Source: a virus
Strand: one strand, 5' to 3'
Virus record (IMG/VR): IMGVR_UViG_3300027804_003127
DNA: 64,000 bases
The notes under the pieces were generated by a model. It had not been told where the DNA came from. It was given only the letters and a program-made list of their open reading frames with translations, and did no database searches. Position 1 is the stretch's first letter. Every line of letters begins with the position of its first letter. Both the position numbers and the translations under genes were made by a program. This document shows, piece after piece, positions 15,910 to 26,167 of this stretch.

Positions 15910-16734
15910 ATGCATAATGTTATAAATCCGTTGAGAGGAAGATTTGTACATGGAAAGGACGAGACGGACTACTTCGAAAGCGTTATAGCAAATGTTAACA
16001 CTGGGCAAGATCACACGTTTATTTTTTCTGTATGGAATGAGCCGTTGACGGAAGTACCCAAAAACTCCATACTGTTCTCTACTTCCGACGAACATCATCA
16101 GCAGCCGATTGCAAATCACTTGCATGAAAATTTGGCTCTTATATTCAAGCATTACTTTCCACGTGCTCCCATATGTGACAACAGGGTTCATCCTTTTCCT
16201 CTTGGCTATTTGACTGACTTTGGAGGCCACGGCCATACTCCGCTTGCCGAAAGGGCGCTTGACTACTCTTTCTCTGGAACTGCGAATGACAACGGAAGAG
16301 ACAAGATGAAGTCTGCCCTTGAGAGAAGGAGCAAAGATGGTAAGAATAAGTATTGGAAAATTCATCATGACGGATGGGGTAAAGGGCTGAAGATGTGGGA
16401 TTACGGATCTTTGCTTACAAAGACGAGGATTGCCTTATGTCCACCTGGATATACAAGTCATGAATCTTTTAGGATATTTGAGGCAGCGCGATGCGGCTGT
16501 GTGCTGCTGGTGGGAGACAAGCTGCCGACTCATCTATGGTATTATGAAGGATTTCCAGGAATAAGAGTGAGCGACTGGTCAAATCTTTCCATCATAGATG
16601 AGCTTTTGTCTGATCCAGTAAAGCTGCAGAAGATAGGAGACAGAACGCTTGAATGGTATAACCGATGCGTAGACCCTAAGGCTGTTGGCAAATATGTGAC
16701 GGAAAAGATAAAGTCTGCAGGAATTGTTGAATAA
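15910..16734 (+). CDS. exostosin-like (GT47) glycosyltransferase
   Basis: ALCPPG...ESFRIFEAARCGCV motif. Confidence 0.7.
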   Translation: MHNVINPLRGRFVHGKDETDYFESVIANVNTGQDHTFIFSVWNEPLTEVPKNSILFSTSDEHHQQPIANHLHENLALIFKHYFPRAPICDNRVHPFPLGYLTDFGGHGHTPLAERALDYSFSGTANDNGRDKMKSALERRSKDGKNKYWKIHHDGWGKGLKMWDYGSLLTKTRIALCPPGYTSHESFRIFEAARCGCVLLVGDKLPTHLWYYEGFPGIRVSDWSNLSIIDELLSDPVKLQKIGDRTLEWYNRCVDPKAVGKYVTEKIKSAGIVE

Positions 16735-16823
16735 GTTAATAAAACTTATTGGTATGACGTTGGATGTTGAAGAATAATTAATGTGGATCATGAGTATAAG
16801 GGATAGCATGAGGAGAAAAATTC

Positions 16824-17222
16824 ATGGAATATAAGATATCAAAGTCGGATTGGCAGAGGATAGGCAGCAAGTCTGGCTGGCTGAAGGCGGCTTATGAAGG
16901 CGAGTTTATGAGGGTTCTTGACGAGGTAGTGCCTGCTTCTGTTTTTATTGATGATGAAATTGCAGGCGTGAGTCCTGACGAATACATGATAAGGATAGCT
17001 GGGGGGTGGAGTTCATATGACAACCAAGGTCCTGTTCTTACGGATTTTGAAGCTCAATACAAAGACGGAGTCGGAGGTCGTTTCAGGATAGACAAGTTGA
17101 ACGATGCACTTCAAATGTATGTGTTTAAGTCAGGAGAAGTCGCTATGGATAAAATAAGCCACTCTGACCTTAGGATAAGAATAAAAAACTACATAATGAA
17201 GCATGCTTTGCATGCGAGATAA
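16824..17222 (+). CDS. hypothetical protein with N-terminal tag 2
   Basis: MEYKISKSDWQRIGSKSGWLKAA. Confidence 0.8.
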   Translation: MEYKISKSDWQRIGSKSGWLKAAYEGEFMRVLDEVVPASVFIDDEIAGVSPDEYMIRIAGGWSSYDNQGPVLTDFEAQYKDGVGGRFRIDKLNDALQMYVFKSGEVAMDKISHSDLRIRIKNYIMKHALHAR

Positions 17223-17243
17223 TTCATATAAAAGGGAAATAGC

Positions 17244-17711
17244 ATGAATATAAAGATATCAAAGTCGGAATGGCAAAGTATAGGGGCGCAGATGGGCTGG
17301 ATAAAGGAGTCGTTCTCGTCCTTCGACAGGGGGATGTCTGGCCCCGAGCGCGATCACGCTGGTGAAACAGGCAGGGAGTGGGACGCTGTTGCGGAGGGAG
17401 AGGAAGCGGAAGCCGTGATGGGCAAGATCATCGACCACAACGCCAGGGTGAGGGCGAGGCTTGGCGGTGGCGGCAAGCCCGACCCCAGTGACCGCGATGC
17501 GGCCCATAAGATAGTATCAGAGGCTGAAACGCATGGACACGAGGGGTTGGCGGTGAGCTCGGAAGGCATGATCGTGAAGACGACCGTGGTGAATGACTGG
17601 CTGGACAGGGGGACTGAAGTGTGGCTCGATCCCATCAAGGTGGACACCAAGCCGCACTACGAGAAGGGATGGAAGTCCACGAAGACCAACCATCCTGGAT
17701 ATCCGCTGTGA
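17244..17711 (+). CDS. hypothetical protein with N-terminal tag 2
   Basis: MNIKISKSEWQSIGAQMGWIKES. Confidence 0.8.
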   Translation: MNIKISKSEWQSIGAQMGWIKESFSSFDRGMSGPERDHAGETGREWDAVAEGEEAEAVMGKIIDHNARVRARLGGGGKPDPSDRDAAHKIVSEAETHGHEGLAVSSEGMIVKTTVVNDWLDRGTEVWLDPIKVDTKPHYEKGWKSTKTNHPGYPL

Positions 17712-17831
17712 AAAGAAGTTAAGCTTATTAGGGAATGACATGGAGATGATACTGACACTAGCTTCGCTTGTCCTGAGCTTCGCCTGCGGAATAGCCGCAG
17801 GAAAGATTATCGAGATAAAAAGGTCATTGAA

Positions 17832-18365
17832 GTGAACTGGTACAAGGCGGCTCAAGCCAGATATCCGTGGTTCGTCGTGCATCACGGCTTCTGGCACCAC
17901 ACCATGCAGTCCAAGACGTTTTCGGCACGCGGATACGACAAGCTTGACAACGGGATGGGGTATTTCCACATAACGGATGTCTTCAGGGACCCAGAGCGCT
18001 TCGGGCTGACGGATGACAAGCTTGTGGACCTCATATCGCAGGAGTTCGGATACGAAAAGGACAGCTACAAGCTGAAGGAAGTGTACAACAAGCTGCACAG
18101 CGGCGAGCTTGATTACAGCCACTCGGTACTGGAAGAACTTTATAATTTGGGGTGGATAAAGACATCGAAGGAGAGCGCCGAAGGCGCGACATACCTATGG
18201 GGCAAGAACAGAGACACTTTGCGCAAGGCGGTTGGCGACATGACGATGCAGATGAAGCCGAATGTGGAGTACAACATAAAACTGGGCGGAGTTGACAACA
18301 TCATCATCCACGATGTCGAGACTGCAGACAAGTACGCGAGGAGAGGCAAGATCTCGTACTGGTAG
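17832..18365 (+). CDS. hypothetical protein with N-terminal tag 1
   Basis: MNWYKAAQ (GTG start). Confidence 0.8.
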   Translation: MNWYKAAQARYPWFVVHHGFWHHTMQSKTFSARGYDKLDNGMGYFHITDVFRDPERFGLTDDKLVDLISQEFGYEKDSYKLKEVYNKLHSGELDYSHSVLEELYNLGWIKTSKESAEGATYLWGKNRDTLRKAVGDMTMQMKPNVEYNIKLGGVDNIIIHDVETADKYARRGKISYW

Positions 18366-18556
18366 ACGCGCGACGCCAGCGACATCATGTCTGTTTTATC
18401 CCCCCGAAAATTTATATGGGGGATTTTTTTATTATATAATTCATTCTGTCGGAGGTGTCAAAAAAAATTTTGGCGCGTGGCGAGCTTTTTATTGCTGATA
18501 GAAGGGGGGTTGGGAAGGGGATGGCGAATTTTATTAATAAATATTATCTATAGCAA

Positions 18557-18979
18557 ATGAGCGATGGATTGAAATACATAATCTCAAGAGACGAATGGAA
18601 GGCCATAGGAAGGTCAATGGGGTGGATGAAGTCCGCAAATTCTTCCGATGGCAAGGGTGGATTCGATGAAGTTGACGAAGATGGAACCGTGTTTGACGCG
18701 TTTCCATTCAAGGAAGACATGGTTGAGGTGTATTTCAAGCCAAAAGGAGACGGATGGTGGGAGGTAAGCTTTGTGTATGAAGGAGACTTTGGGGCAAAAG
18801 ACGGGACTGATGCGCAAGGGGGAGTCGCTCTCATGTCAAAGATCTCAGATGTAGTGAAGAGGCATATCGAAGCATACGGAGTTTCTGGGTACTATTATTA
18901 TGCCGCGACGGAGAGAAGAAGCAAGATATATGATTGGGTAGGAAAAAGAATAGGAATAAGGATGGTAAGAAAGACATGA
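18557..18979 (+). CDS. hypothetical protein with N-terminal tag 2
   Basis: KYIISRDEWKAIGRSMGWMKSA. Confidence 0.8.
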   Translation: MSDGLKYIISRDEWKAIGRSMGWMKSANSSDGKGGFDEVDEDGTVFDAFPFKEDMVEVYFKPKGDGWWEVSFVYEGDFGAKDGTDAQGGVALMSKISDVVKRHIEAYGVSGYYYYAATERRSKIYDWVGKRIGIRMVRKT

Positions 18980-19407
18980 GCTGGTATAAATGGGCACAGT
19001 CACAGCAGGATGATAAGCCAGAGGATCCGATGGCTCTTACCAAGATAAAGATGAACTTTGACCGTCATCTCCCGCTTTCTAAAACGTCTGAAAAAACAGT
19101 GGTGTCTCTTGATGCAAAAAAGCTTATTAAAAGACTTGCGGAAGACCAACCATGGCAAGACATATCTCTTATGGAGAACAGAATTGACGACAGGGTTGGA
19201 GACGCAAAAAGATTTATCCAGAGGAATATAAATAATCCACAACACCCAAAGTGGGAGCCGAGTAAGGCTGTATTCAACGATGATGGCAAGCTTATGTTTA
19301 TTGATGGCAGACACAGGATAGCGGCTGCGATAGAACTAGGGTATACTTATGTACCTGTAGCAGTTCCTGTAGATCAAAAAGAAAAATTTATAAGAGAATT
19401 AGGTTAA
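18976..19407 (+). CDS. ParB/Srx-like domain protein with tag 1
   Basis: MSWYKWAQ start (ATGA overlap); IDGRHRIAAAIELG motif. Confidence 0.75.
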   Translation: MSWYKWAQSQQDDKPEDPMALTKIKMNFDRHLPLSKTSEKTVVSLDAKKLIKRLAEDQPWQDISLMENRIDDRVGDAKRFIQRNINNPQHPKWEPSKAVFNDDGKLMFIDGRHRIAAAIELGYTYVPVAVPVDQKEKFIRELG

Positions 19408-19408
19408 C

Positions 19409-20731
19409 ATGAACTGGTATAAATGGGCGCAACCTCAAAAAAATAATTCTGACGCTTTTGTTTTCTTTGGAGCTTCTGGAGACCTTGCTTACAAGCAGAT
19501 ATTCCCAGCACTGCAGGCATTAGCGCGCAGGGGCAAGTTGAATATGCCAATCATAGGCGTTGCCAAAGACGAATGGACAACAGACAAACTACTTGATAGA
19601 GCTGAGAAAAGCATCAAGGAAAATGGAAAGATGGATTCTAAAGGCTTTGATGTACTGAAGAAAAACATGAAATATATAAGTGGCGACATAGAGGGAGAGG
19701 AGCTATATAAGAATATACGCAAGGAGATATCCCAGTCAAAATCTCCATTCTACTACCTTGCGATACCTCCATCCCTTTTTGATACCGCAGTAATGCATCT
19801 GAAGACTTCAGGATGCGCTAAAGACGGCAGAGTTGCCGTAGAGAAGCCATTTGGCGAGGACGCGGAGAGCGCGTTGAAACTCAATAAGATATTGCATGCA
19901 GTCTTCCCAGAAGAGTCTATATTCAGAATAGATCATTTTCTTGGCAAGAAGAGGGTGCAGGAGCTTATCCCATTCAGATTTAGCATGGGCATGGACAATG
20001 AAAAATGGAGCAATAAATACATTGAGCACATCCAGATTGGCATGATAGAAGATTTTGGCATAAAAGGAAGAGGGGAATTCTATGACCAGAATGGATGCAT
20101 AAGAGATGTGTTTCAGAACCACTTGATGCAGCTTGTTGGAATAATTGGAATGGAACCATTCAACAAAGACAATCCAGAGACTTTCCGTGCAGAAAAAGCA
20201 AGACTCTTCTCAAGTACTCAAGCGCTTAGACCTCAAGATGTCGTAAGAGGTCAGTTCGAGGGATACGACAAGGAAGATGGAGTGAAGAAAGGTTCACAGG
20301 TCGAGACCTATGCCGCCATAAAACTTTCTATAAATAACAAGAGATGGAAGGGAGTTCCATGGTTTGTCAGATCTGGAAAGATGATGCCCATGACGAGCAC
20401 TGAAATATTGGTAAAGTTTAAGAAAGCCGTTAAAATTCCAATTCCAGAAAATGGCAAGATGGAAGGAAATATACTCAGACTTCAGATGGAAGGAGAGGTG
20501 GACAACATGCTTACATACGAGAGATTGTTCGGCTATGCAATGAAGGGTAGTCCTACTTTTTTCTCGAGACAGGATGAGGTCAACGAGCAGTGGAGGGTTT
20601 TTGATGGAATTCTTGGCAATAAAGTTCCATGTTTAAAATATAAACCAAAGACATGGGGGCCAGATGCTGACAATACAAATGTTGTGCCACCTGGCGGATG
20701 GATTGATCCTTTGGCTGTAAAAGGAATATAA
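19409..20731 (+). CDS. zwf: glucose-6-phosphate 1-dehydrogenase with tag 1
   Basis: FGASGDLA, EKPFG, RIDHFLGK, RDVFQNHL and RWKGVPWFVRSGK motifs. Confidence 0.95.
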   Translation: MNWYKWAQPQKNNSDAFVFFGASGDLAYKQIFPALQALARRGKLNMPIIGVAKDEWTTDKLLDRAEKSIKENGKMDSKGFDVLKKNMKYISGDIEGEELYKNIRKEISQSKSPFYYLAIPPSLFDTAVMHLKTSGCAKDGRVAVEKPFGEDAESALKLNKILHAVFPEESIFRIDHFLGKKRVQELIPFRFSMGMDNEKWSNKYIEHIQIGMIEDFGIKGRGEFYDQNGCIRDVFQNHLMQLVGIIGMEPFNKDNPETFRAEKARLFSSTQALRPQDVVRGQFEGYDKEDGVKKGSQVETYAAIKLSINNKRWKGVPWFVRSGKMMPMTSTEILVKFKKAVKIPIPENGKMEGNILRLQMEGEVDNMLTYERLFGYAMKGSPTFFSRQDEVNEQWRVFDGILGNKVPCLKYKPKTWGPDADNTNVVPPGGWIDPLAVKGI

Positions 20732-20732
20732 A

Positions 20733-21722
20733 ATGAAAAACATCTTTAATATATACCAAAACTCACTCATAAAGAGCGCCGAAGGAAAACCAAAAACTAT
20801 TATTGTCACTATTGCTGGGATGATCGAGCAGAAGGACTTAGGTCCATTAAAGGCTGTCTCCGATGTTAAATATCATGAGGTTAAAAGCATATCTGAAGAT
20901 GCTCTTGCGAAGAAATGCGAGGGATATGACTATTTGATGATAAACATGGATGCGCTGCCGCTGCAAGGAAAAGTTAAGCTTTCAGACAGCTTCTATTCAA
21001 AAGATTCGGTTAAGAATTTGAAGATGATTTCAGTAGACATGACTGGAATGGACTATTTCAGTCCAGATGCTGCAGAAAAAAACGAAGTTAAACTTAAGGG
21101 CATAAGTGATTATTCCACGGAAAGTGTCGCTGAATCGGTGCTTGCAGAAGTATTGCTGCACTCTCGTCAACGCCACATGGCATATATTGATCTTGTAAAG
21201 GGGAAGAAGCAAGAGGCCCGTAAGGGAATAAATCTTCTTAATAAAACGGCTGGCATAATAGGATATGGAAACATAGGAAGCAGGGTTGGAGACCTGCTAA
21301 AAGGAATAGGAATGAACGTAATGGCTTGGGACCCTTTTCCTAAAGCTGGATTAGAGGTTCATTCAATGAAGAAGATATTTGACAAGGCCGATGTCATATG
21401 CGTTCTTGCAAAGACAATACTGGAGGGCAAAGATTCAAATGTTGATCTGGTAGATTATGAGCTAATGAAGAGATCGAATGGCGCTATACTCATAAACTTG
21501 GCCAATCCTAGTTTGGTAAGCAAGGACGGTCTTTATCGCGCAATCAAGTCAGGTGCAATATCCGCATATTCATACCAGAAGGAATATGGGTCCGACAAGA
21601 AGGACAAGATTGACTCTTTGCCAAACGTGCATGTGTGTCCACCTAACGCATGGGACTCCGACGAGTCGAGGGAAGAGCTCAAAAAGGAATGGATGAACAA
21701 TATAATACAGGATATTAAATGA
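20733..21722 (+). CDS. D-isomer-specific 2-hydroxyacid dehydrogenase-like protein
   Basis: TGMDY, YSTESVAE, GIIGYGNIG and AWDP motifs. Confidence 0.85.
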   Translation: MKNIFNIYQNSLIKSAEGKPKTIIVTIAGMIEQKDLGPLKAVSDVKYHEVKSISEDALAKKCEGYDYLMINMDALPLQGKVKLSDSFYSKDSVKNLKMISVDMTGMDYFSPDAAEKNEVKLKGISDYSTESVAESVLAEVLLHSRQRHMAYIDLVKGKKQEARKGINLLNKTAGIIGYGNIGSRVGDLLKGIGMNVMAWDPFPKAGLEVHSMKKIFDKADVICVLAKTILEGKDSNVDLVDYELMKRSNGAILINLANPSLVSKDGLYRAIKSGAISAYSYQKEYGSDKKDKIDSLPNVHVCPPNAWDSDESREELKKEWMNNIIQDIK

Positions 21723-23908
21723 ACTGGTATAAGTGGGCACAAAAAAAGACTTTTGATGAACTTATTGCTAGATTGGAGTCTGATCCACGTGTAAGCAGAG
21801 ATCTTGTTGCTTGGATAAAATCTCTGCCAAGGGATAAGATGGGTCCAGCTGCAAACATGTTGATGAAAAATCCATCAGCAACACAAGAAGAATTAGAGAG
21901 AGCATTGCCAAAAGACAGGCAGCTGACGCCTCAGCAAAAATCATACATAGCAAACTTTCCACTCATACAAGATTGGTTGAAAAACATTCTGCTAAGAACT
22001 AGCGAAAAGAATAATGCAGAAGTTTTTAATACAATAAAAGATAAAGCTGCAAGAATTCGCGACTGGCTTGACAGAACAAGCTTAGAAAGAATCGAGGCTA
22101 TTGAAAGAAGAACTGGAAAGAAGCCAAATACTGAACCTCAAGAAGAAGCAAGAAAAATAATACAAGGGATGACCCTCAGTGAAGCCATAAATCAATCTGA
22201 AGAATGGCATAGAGAGCAAGCTGCATTGGGAGCAGGGGAGTACGCGCCTACCAAACCAGAAGACATTGTTAAAACGTATTCAAACGGATGGACATGGCAG
22301 AGAATATCTAGAGGTGTCGATGCCAGAATAGAGGGTAATAAGATGAATCATTGCGTAGGAAACTATTGCGATGATGTAGAGGATGAAAAGATAGACGTAT
22401 TTTCTTTAAGAGATGAAAAAAATAGGCCTTTAATAACCGCAGGAATGAATGTTAAAGATGGCTCTGTCCAGCAAATGAAGGGGTATAATGACACAAATGT
22501 TACTGATAAATATCTATCATATATTAAAGACATTATAGATATCAATAATGTATTTATGAACGACGGTGAAGAATATCTTCACGGCGACAATATGGAGAAG
22601 TTGGGACTACATAATATTTCAGATCCAATTGACTTTTCGCTACCAAAAAATAAAAGATTTATTGATATTGCACACAGAAAAATTATTGCTAATGGCTTCC
22701 CGCCAAAATGGGCTTTGCCGTGGGCTGAAGAGATATTGTTTGCGGGAAATGCTCCTAAAGAATGGTTCACAAATTTAGCATCATCTTTTAAAAGTGATAT
22801 TGAAAATAATGTTAAAAATAAGGAATTAAGGATATGGGTTGATTATGTCTTGGCAGGTAAGTCGTCTCCAATAAGTGTTGTACAAAAAATAGCTGACTTA
22901 ATAATAGAAGAAGCATCTGAACGTATAAAAAGTGCTAGCCCATGGTCATATAGTGATCGCTGGATATTAGATAAAATTGAACGAATGATGTTAGATGGCG
23001 ATGTCCCAGAAGAATTTTTTGAACTCGCCCATAAGCAAATATCGGAAACTGGTATCGCGCCAACATGGGCAGAGTCTTGGGCGATCAAAATTTTGAATGG
23101 ACCAAATCCTCCACAAGAATGGATTAATAAGATATCTTATTTTATGAAAAAACTTCCTAATAGTATTCCATCTTGGACTAACTCATGGACTGGCAGGCTA
23201 TTTAGTCGACCAGAAGGGCCTCCAAAGGATTTTGAAGAAGCAGTGATTGAATCCGTTGCCAAAAACGGGACACCCCCTGATTATGCCTATTACTGGGCAA
23301 TATCAAAGCTTAATTCACCAAATCCACCAAAAGGATGGATTAATATAATAAATAATTTTATAAAAAGAGACGGCATTGTTCCCATGTTTGCCCAAGAATG
23401 GGTAAGAGTAAAGCTTGCAACAGGTAATATTCCAAAAGAATGGGAGGACAAAATCATCACATATACTAAAGAAAATAATGCCCCTCCTAAATTCGCTGCA
23501 AAATGGATAGCAGATTCCTTGGAGTCGGAAAATCCTCCTAAAATAATTGTAGACCTTATAAATTCATTTATCACATCACCAGCAGGAGTGGTTCCACCAT
23601 TTGCCGCAAGATGGATAGATATGAAATTAGATTCAGGGGATTTTCCTGAAGAATGGATGATTAAAATAAATGAATATATTAAAACTTATGGGAAGCCTCC
23701 ACAATTTGCTCATAATTGGGCTAGTAAAATATTGAATTCAGGACAGGCTCCTAAGGAGTGGATAGAAACAATAAATAGAAGTATTGCAAAAACAGGCGAT
23801 GTGCCCGACTTTGCCTTTACTTGGGCTCGTAAAATATTGAACTCAGGACAAGCTCCCAAGGAGTGGATAGAAGCAATAAATAGAAAAAAAATGGATCTTA
23901 TAAATTGA
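21719..23908 (+). CDS. PcfJ-like domain plus 35-aa helical repeats, with tag 1
   Basis: EGNKMNHCVGNY...VFSLRD.KNRPLIT; repeats of G..P.FA..W..K.L.SG..PKEWI..IN. Confidence 0.7.
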   Translation: MNWYKWAQKKTFDELIARLESDPRVSRDLVAWIKSLPRDKMGPAANMLMKNPSATQEELERALPKDRQLTPQQKSYIANFPLIQDWLKNILLRTSEKNNAEVFNTIKDKAARIRDWLDRTSLERIEAIERRTGKKPNTEPQEEARKIIQGMTLSEAINQSEEWHREQAALGAGEYAPTKPEDIVKTYSNGWTWQRISRGVDARIEGNKMNHCVGNYCDDVEDEKIDVFSLRDEKNRPLITAGMNVKDGSVQQMKGYNDTNVTDKYLSYIKDIIDINNVFMNDGEEYLHGDNMEKLGLHNISDPIDFSLPKNKRFIDIAHRKIIANGFPPKWALPWAEEILFAGNAPKEWFTNLASSFKSDIENNVKNKELRIWVDYVLAGKSSPISVVQKIADLIIEEASERIKSASPWSYSDRWILDKIERMMLDGDVPEEFFELAHKQISETGIAPTWAESWAIKILNGPNPPQEWINKISYFMKKLPNSIPSWTNSWTGRLFSRPEGPPKDFEEAVIESVAKNGTPPDYAYYWAISKLNSPNPPKGWINIINNFIKRDGIVPMFAQEWVRVKLATGNIPKEWEDKIITYTKENNAPPKFAAKWIADSLESENPPKIIVDLINSFITSPAGVVPPFAARWIDMKLDSGDFPEEWMIKINEYIKTYGKPPQFAHNWASKILNSGQAPKEWIETINRSIAKTGDVPDFAFTWARKILNSGQAPKEWIEAINRKKMDLIN

Positions 23909-23940
23909 ATGGCTATGAAAAACGAATAAAAGGTGGCTAA

Positions 23941-24807
23941 ATGAACTGGTATAAATGTGCACAAAATTCTCTTATAGGTAGCGATTTGTCCAGTCGCAGC
24001 AGCTCATGGCTTAATTACATCGCTATAAGAGAAAAAAAGAATAGTTTAAAACCTGAAGATCCAAATTTAGACAAAAAATGGACTGAGACTATAAGGTCAA
24101 TCCCTGGATATGATTCAAGAAAATCTTCTAGTAGTTGGGCTTATTTTGATCCAAATCCTGCACTTAGAAAAGACTCTAGTAAAAAAAGCAATTTATACTT
24201 AAAAGGTATAGATTGGAAAATGTACTTTACGATTGACGCAAAAGACGGCAGTGAAGAAAGCATGAATAAAATACTTGAAGCATTCAAGAGCTTGCCTCAA
24301 ACTATGGCGGCAAATTTTGATAAATACAATTTCTCTTTATTATATAAAATACCCAGTCAATGGAGCAAATTTTTAAATGAAAATGACACTATCGTAATTT
24401 ATCATCCCTTCGAACCTCAAAGTCCATGGACATCATATATATCTAATTTAATTAGGGCGTGGATCGGACATCATGGACTACAGGAAGGGAAAAGGTCATA
24501 TCATGAAGGATTTGATTGGTTTGAAAACACTGAAGCAACTGACAGGTCAAAAAACGAAAAAGTATTGATAAATCATGATAAAACCAAAGAAAAATTAAAT
24601 TGGCTAAAACCAGACACGTCTCTTGGAAAAGACAACGGAGGAAGCTACGGTCAATCCTTAGCGCAACTTATGTCAATAATATCTAAAGATCCACAAAATC
24701 CCAAATGGCAAGGTTTGATAGTCAATGGTCAAATAAGTATTAAGGCAGTTTCTGACTGGCTCATGAACCATGCAAAGGAAGCTGCTGAAGAAATACGTAA
24801 AAGCTAA
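23941..24807 (+). CDS. hypothetical protein with tag 1
   Basis: MNWYKCAQ. Confidence 0.8.
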   Translation: MNWYKCAQNSLIGSDLSSRSSSWLNYIAIREKKNSLKPEDPNLDKKWTETIRSIPGYDSRKSSSSWAYFDPNPALRKDSSKKSNLYLKGIDWKMYFTIDAKDGSEESMNKILEAFKSLPQTMAANFDKYNFSLLYKIPSQWSKFLNENDTIVIYHPFEPQSPWTSYISNLIRAWIGHHGLQEGKRSYHEGFDWFENTEATDRSKNEKVLINHDKTKEKLNWLKPDTSLGKDNGGSYGQSLAQLMSIISKDPQNPKWQGLIVNGQISIKAVSDWLMNHAKEAAEEIRKS

Positions 24808-24849
24808 AAGATAGATTATATTTATATTAACTTAAATATGGAGGATTTT

Positions 24850-26166
24850 ATGAAAAATGCCATGTCTTTGATATTGAGTTTGTTTTTTGCAACTGTGTCT
24901 TTTGCACAGAATGAACCAGCAAAGGTTTCACAGCCAGATGGAACAATTCAACTGGTTCCTGTTCCGCCAGCAACAGTTCTTACTCCATATTTCATTGATC
25001 CTTCAATGACTTATCGAATACTGCTAGAATCACAGTGGTCCAACAAAGATTGGGACGGAAAGAACAAGAATGGAAAAGTTGCCAAGAAAGGCGATACTGT
25101 AGAAGTGCGCATTCTTGCTCAACCAATTTCAAAAACCAAAGTCGTAAACGGCAAGACCGTCAGCATGTGGAGCATATTCCGTGGTGGAGACTTCATTGTG
25201 TCTTGGGATAGTAATATTTTTGAACTGCTTCCTCCAGCAGTCGGTGGATTTGGATACGACACTACTGTTATGAATGCAGCAAAAAGCGGACTAGTTGCAC
25301 CTGAACTATCTGGTGGAGTAAATGAATCAGCATTGCCACAAGACGGAACTTTGTTGTTCCATGCTGAAGCACTACCTGTGCCAGAAAAAAGAATTCCAGC
25401 ACTAAAACCAATGTACTATCAGTGGAATTTTGATGGATACATGTGGGCAAACGCATTTAGGTTGATGGGTACACTTCGTTTCAAGGTAAAGGGTGATTTC
25501 TACTATCCTACTAGTCAATTGACCGACATCAAGATTCTCCCAAGCGTAACTGTAAATGGGATTGAAACAAAAACAAAGATTGATGGTAGTCCAACAATCG
25601 GAACAAATGTTCTGAGTGAAACAAGAAATGGTGTAAACGCAATCAAGTTTGGTGTTGGTGCAGAATACAAAGTTTCTCACACCCTTTCTGCTCCTACAAC
25701 CAAATTCAAAGTTGGTGATATTGTTCCAGTAAAGATTCTAGTAAAGAACGAAACTCTTCCTCAGAGAATTTCTAGCGTATGCACATTATTCTCTTGGGAT
25801 ACAACCAAGTTGGAATTTATGGGATTGAATAAGACAGGAGCAAGAGCAGCGCAGTCAAGTTCCATGTATATGGCTGGCGCAGGCAGTATAAACGAATCAT
25901 CCGTACCAAAAGACGGAAATGCAGCACACAATTGGCTTTCGCTATTGGGTGATCAGACTTTTATTGACAAAGAAAATCTCATAGTCACTCTGAACTTCAA
26001 AGTAGTTTCTGATTTTGATTTCACAACTGTGTCTATGTTGGAACAAAATGATCCATCCTTGGCTGGTCTTTTTGTGATTGATGAGTGTGGTATTCTTGGA
26101 AGCAGCGTGCCTGGAGCATTCGTGACGGGACAAAAGACAAACGCAACAATTTTAGGTCAAAATTAA
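24850..26166 (+). CDS. secreted protein with two cohesin-like beta-sandwich repeats
   Basis: Signal peptide (VSFA-Q); duplicated GD.V.V.IL...SWD...(L/F)E...G.(V/I)NES..P.DG...L.FKV. Confidence 0.6.
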   Translation: MKNAMSLILSLFFATVSFAQNEPAKVSQPDGTIQLVPVPPATVLTPYFIDPSMTYRILLESQWSNKDWDGKNKNGKVAKKGDTVEVRILAQPISKTKVVNGKTVSMWSIFRGGDFIVSWDSNIFELLPPAVGGFGYDTTVMNAAKSGLVAPELSGGVNESALPQDGTLLFHAEALPVPEKRIPALKPMYYQWNFDGYMWANAFRLMGTLRFKVKGDFYYPTSQLTDIKILPSVTVNGIETKTKIDGSPTIGTNVLSETRNGVNAIKFGVGAEYKVSHTLSAPTTKFKVGDIVPVKILVKNETLPQRISSVCTLFSWDTTKLEFMGLNKTGARAAQSSSMYMAGAGSINESSVPKDGNAAHNWLSLLGDQTFIDKENLIVTLNFKVVSDFDFTTVSMLEQNDPSLAGLFVIDECGILGSSVPGAFVTGQKTNATILGQN

Positions 26167-26167
26167 A

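Noticed and set aside
21719-23908. Near-identical 105-bp repeats as a diversity-generating retroelement TR/VR pair
   Set aside because: Both copies are in-frame tandem coding repeats, the differences are not adenine-specific, and no reverse transcriptase is present.
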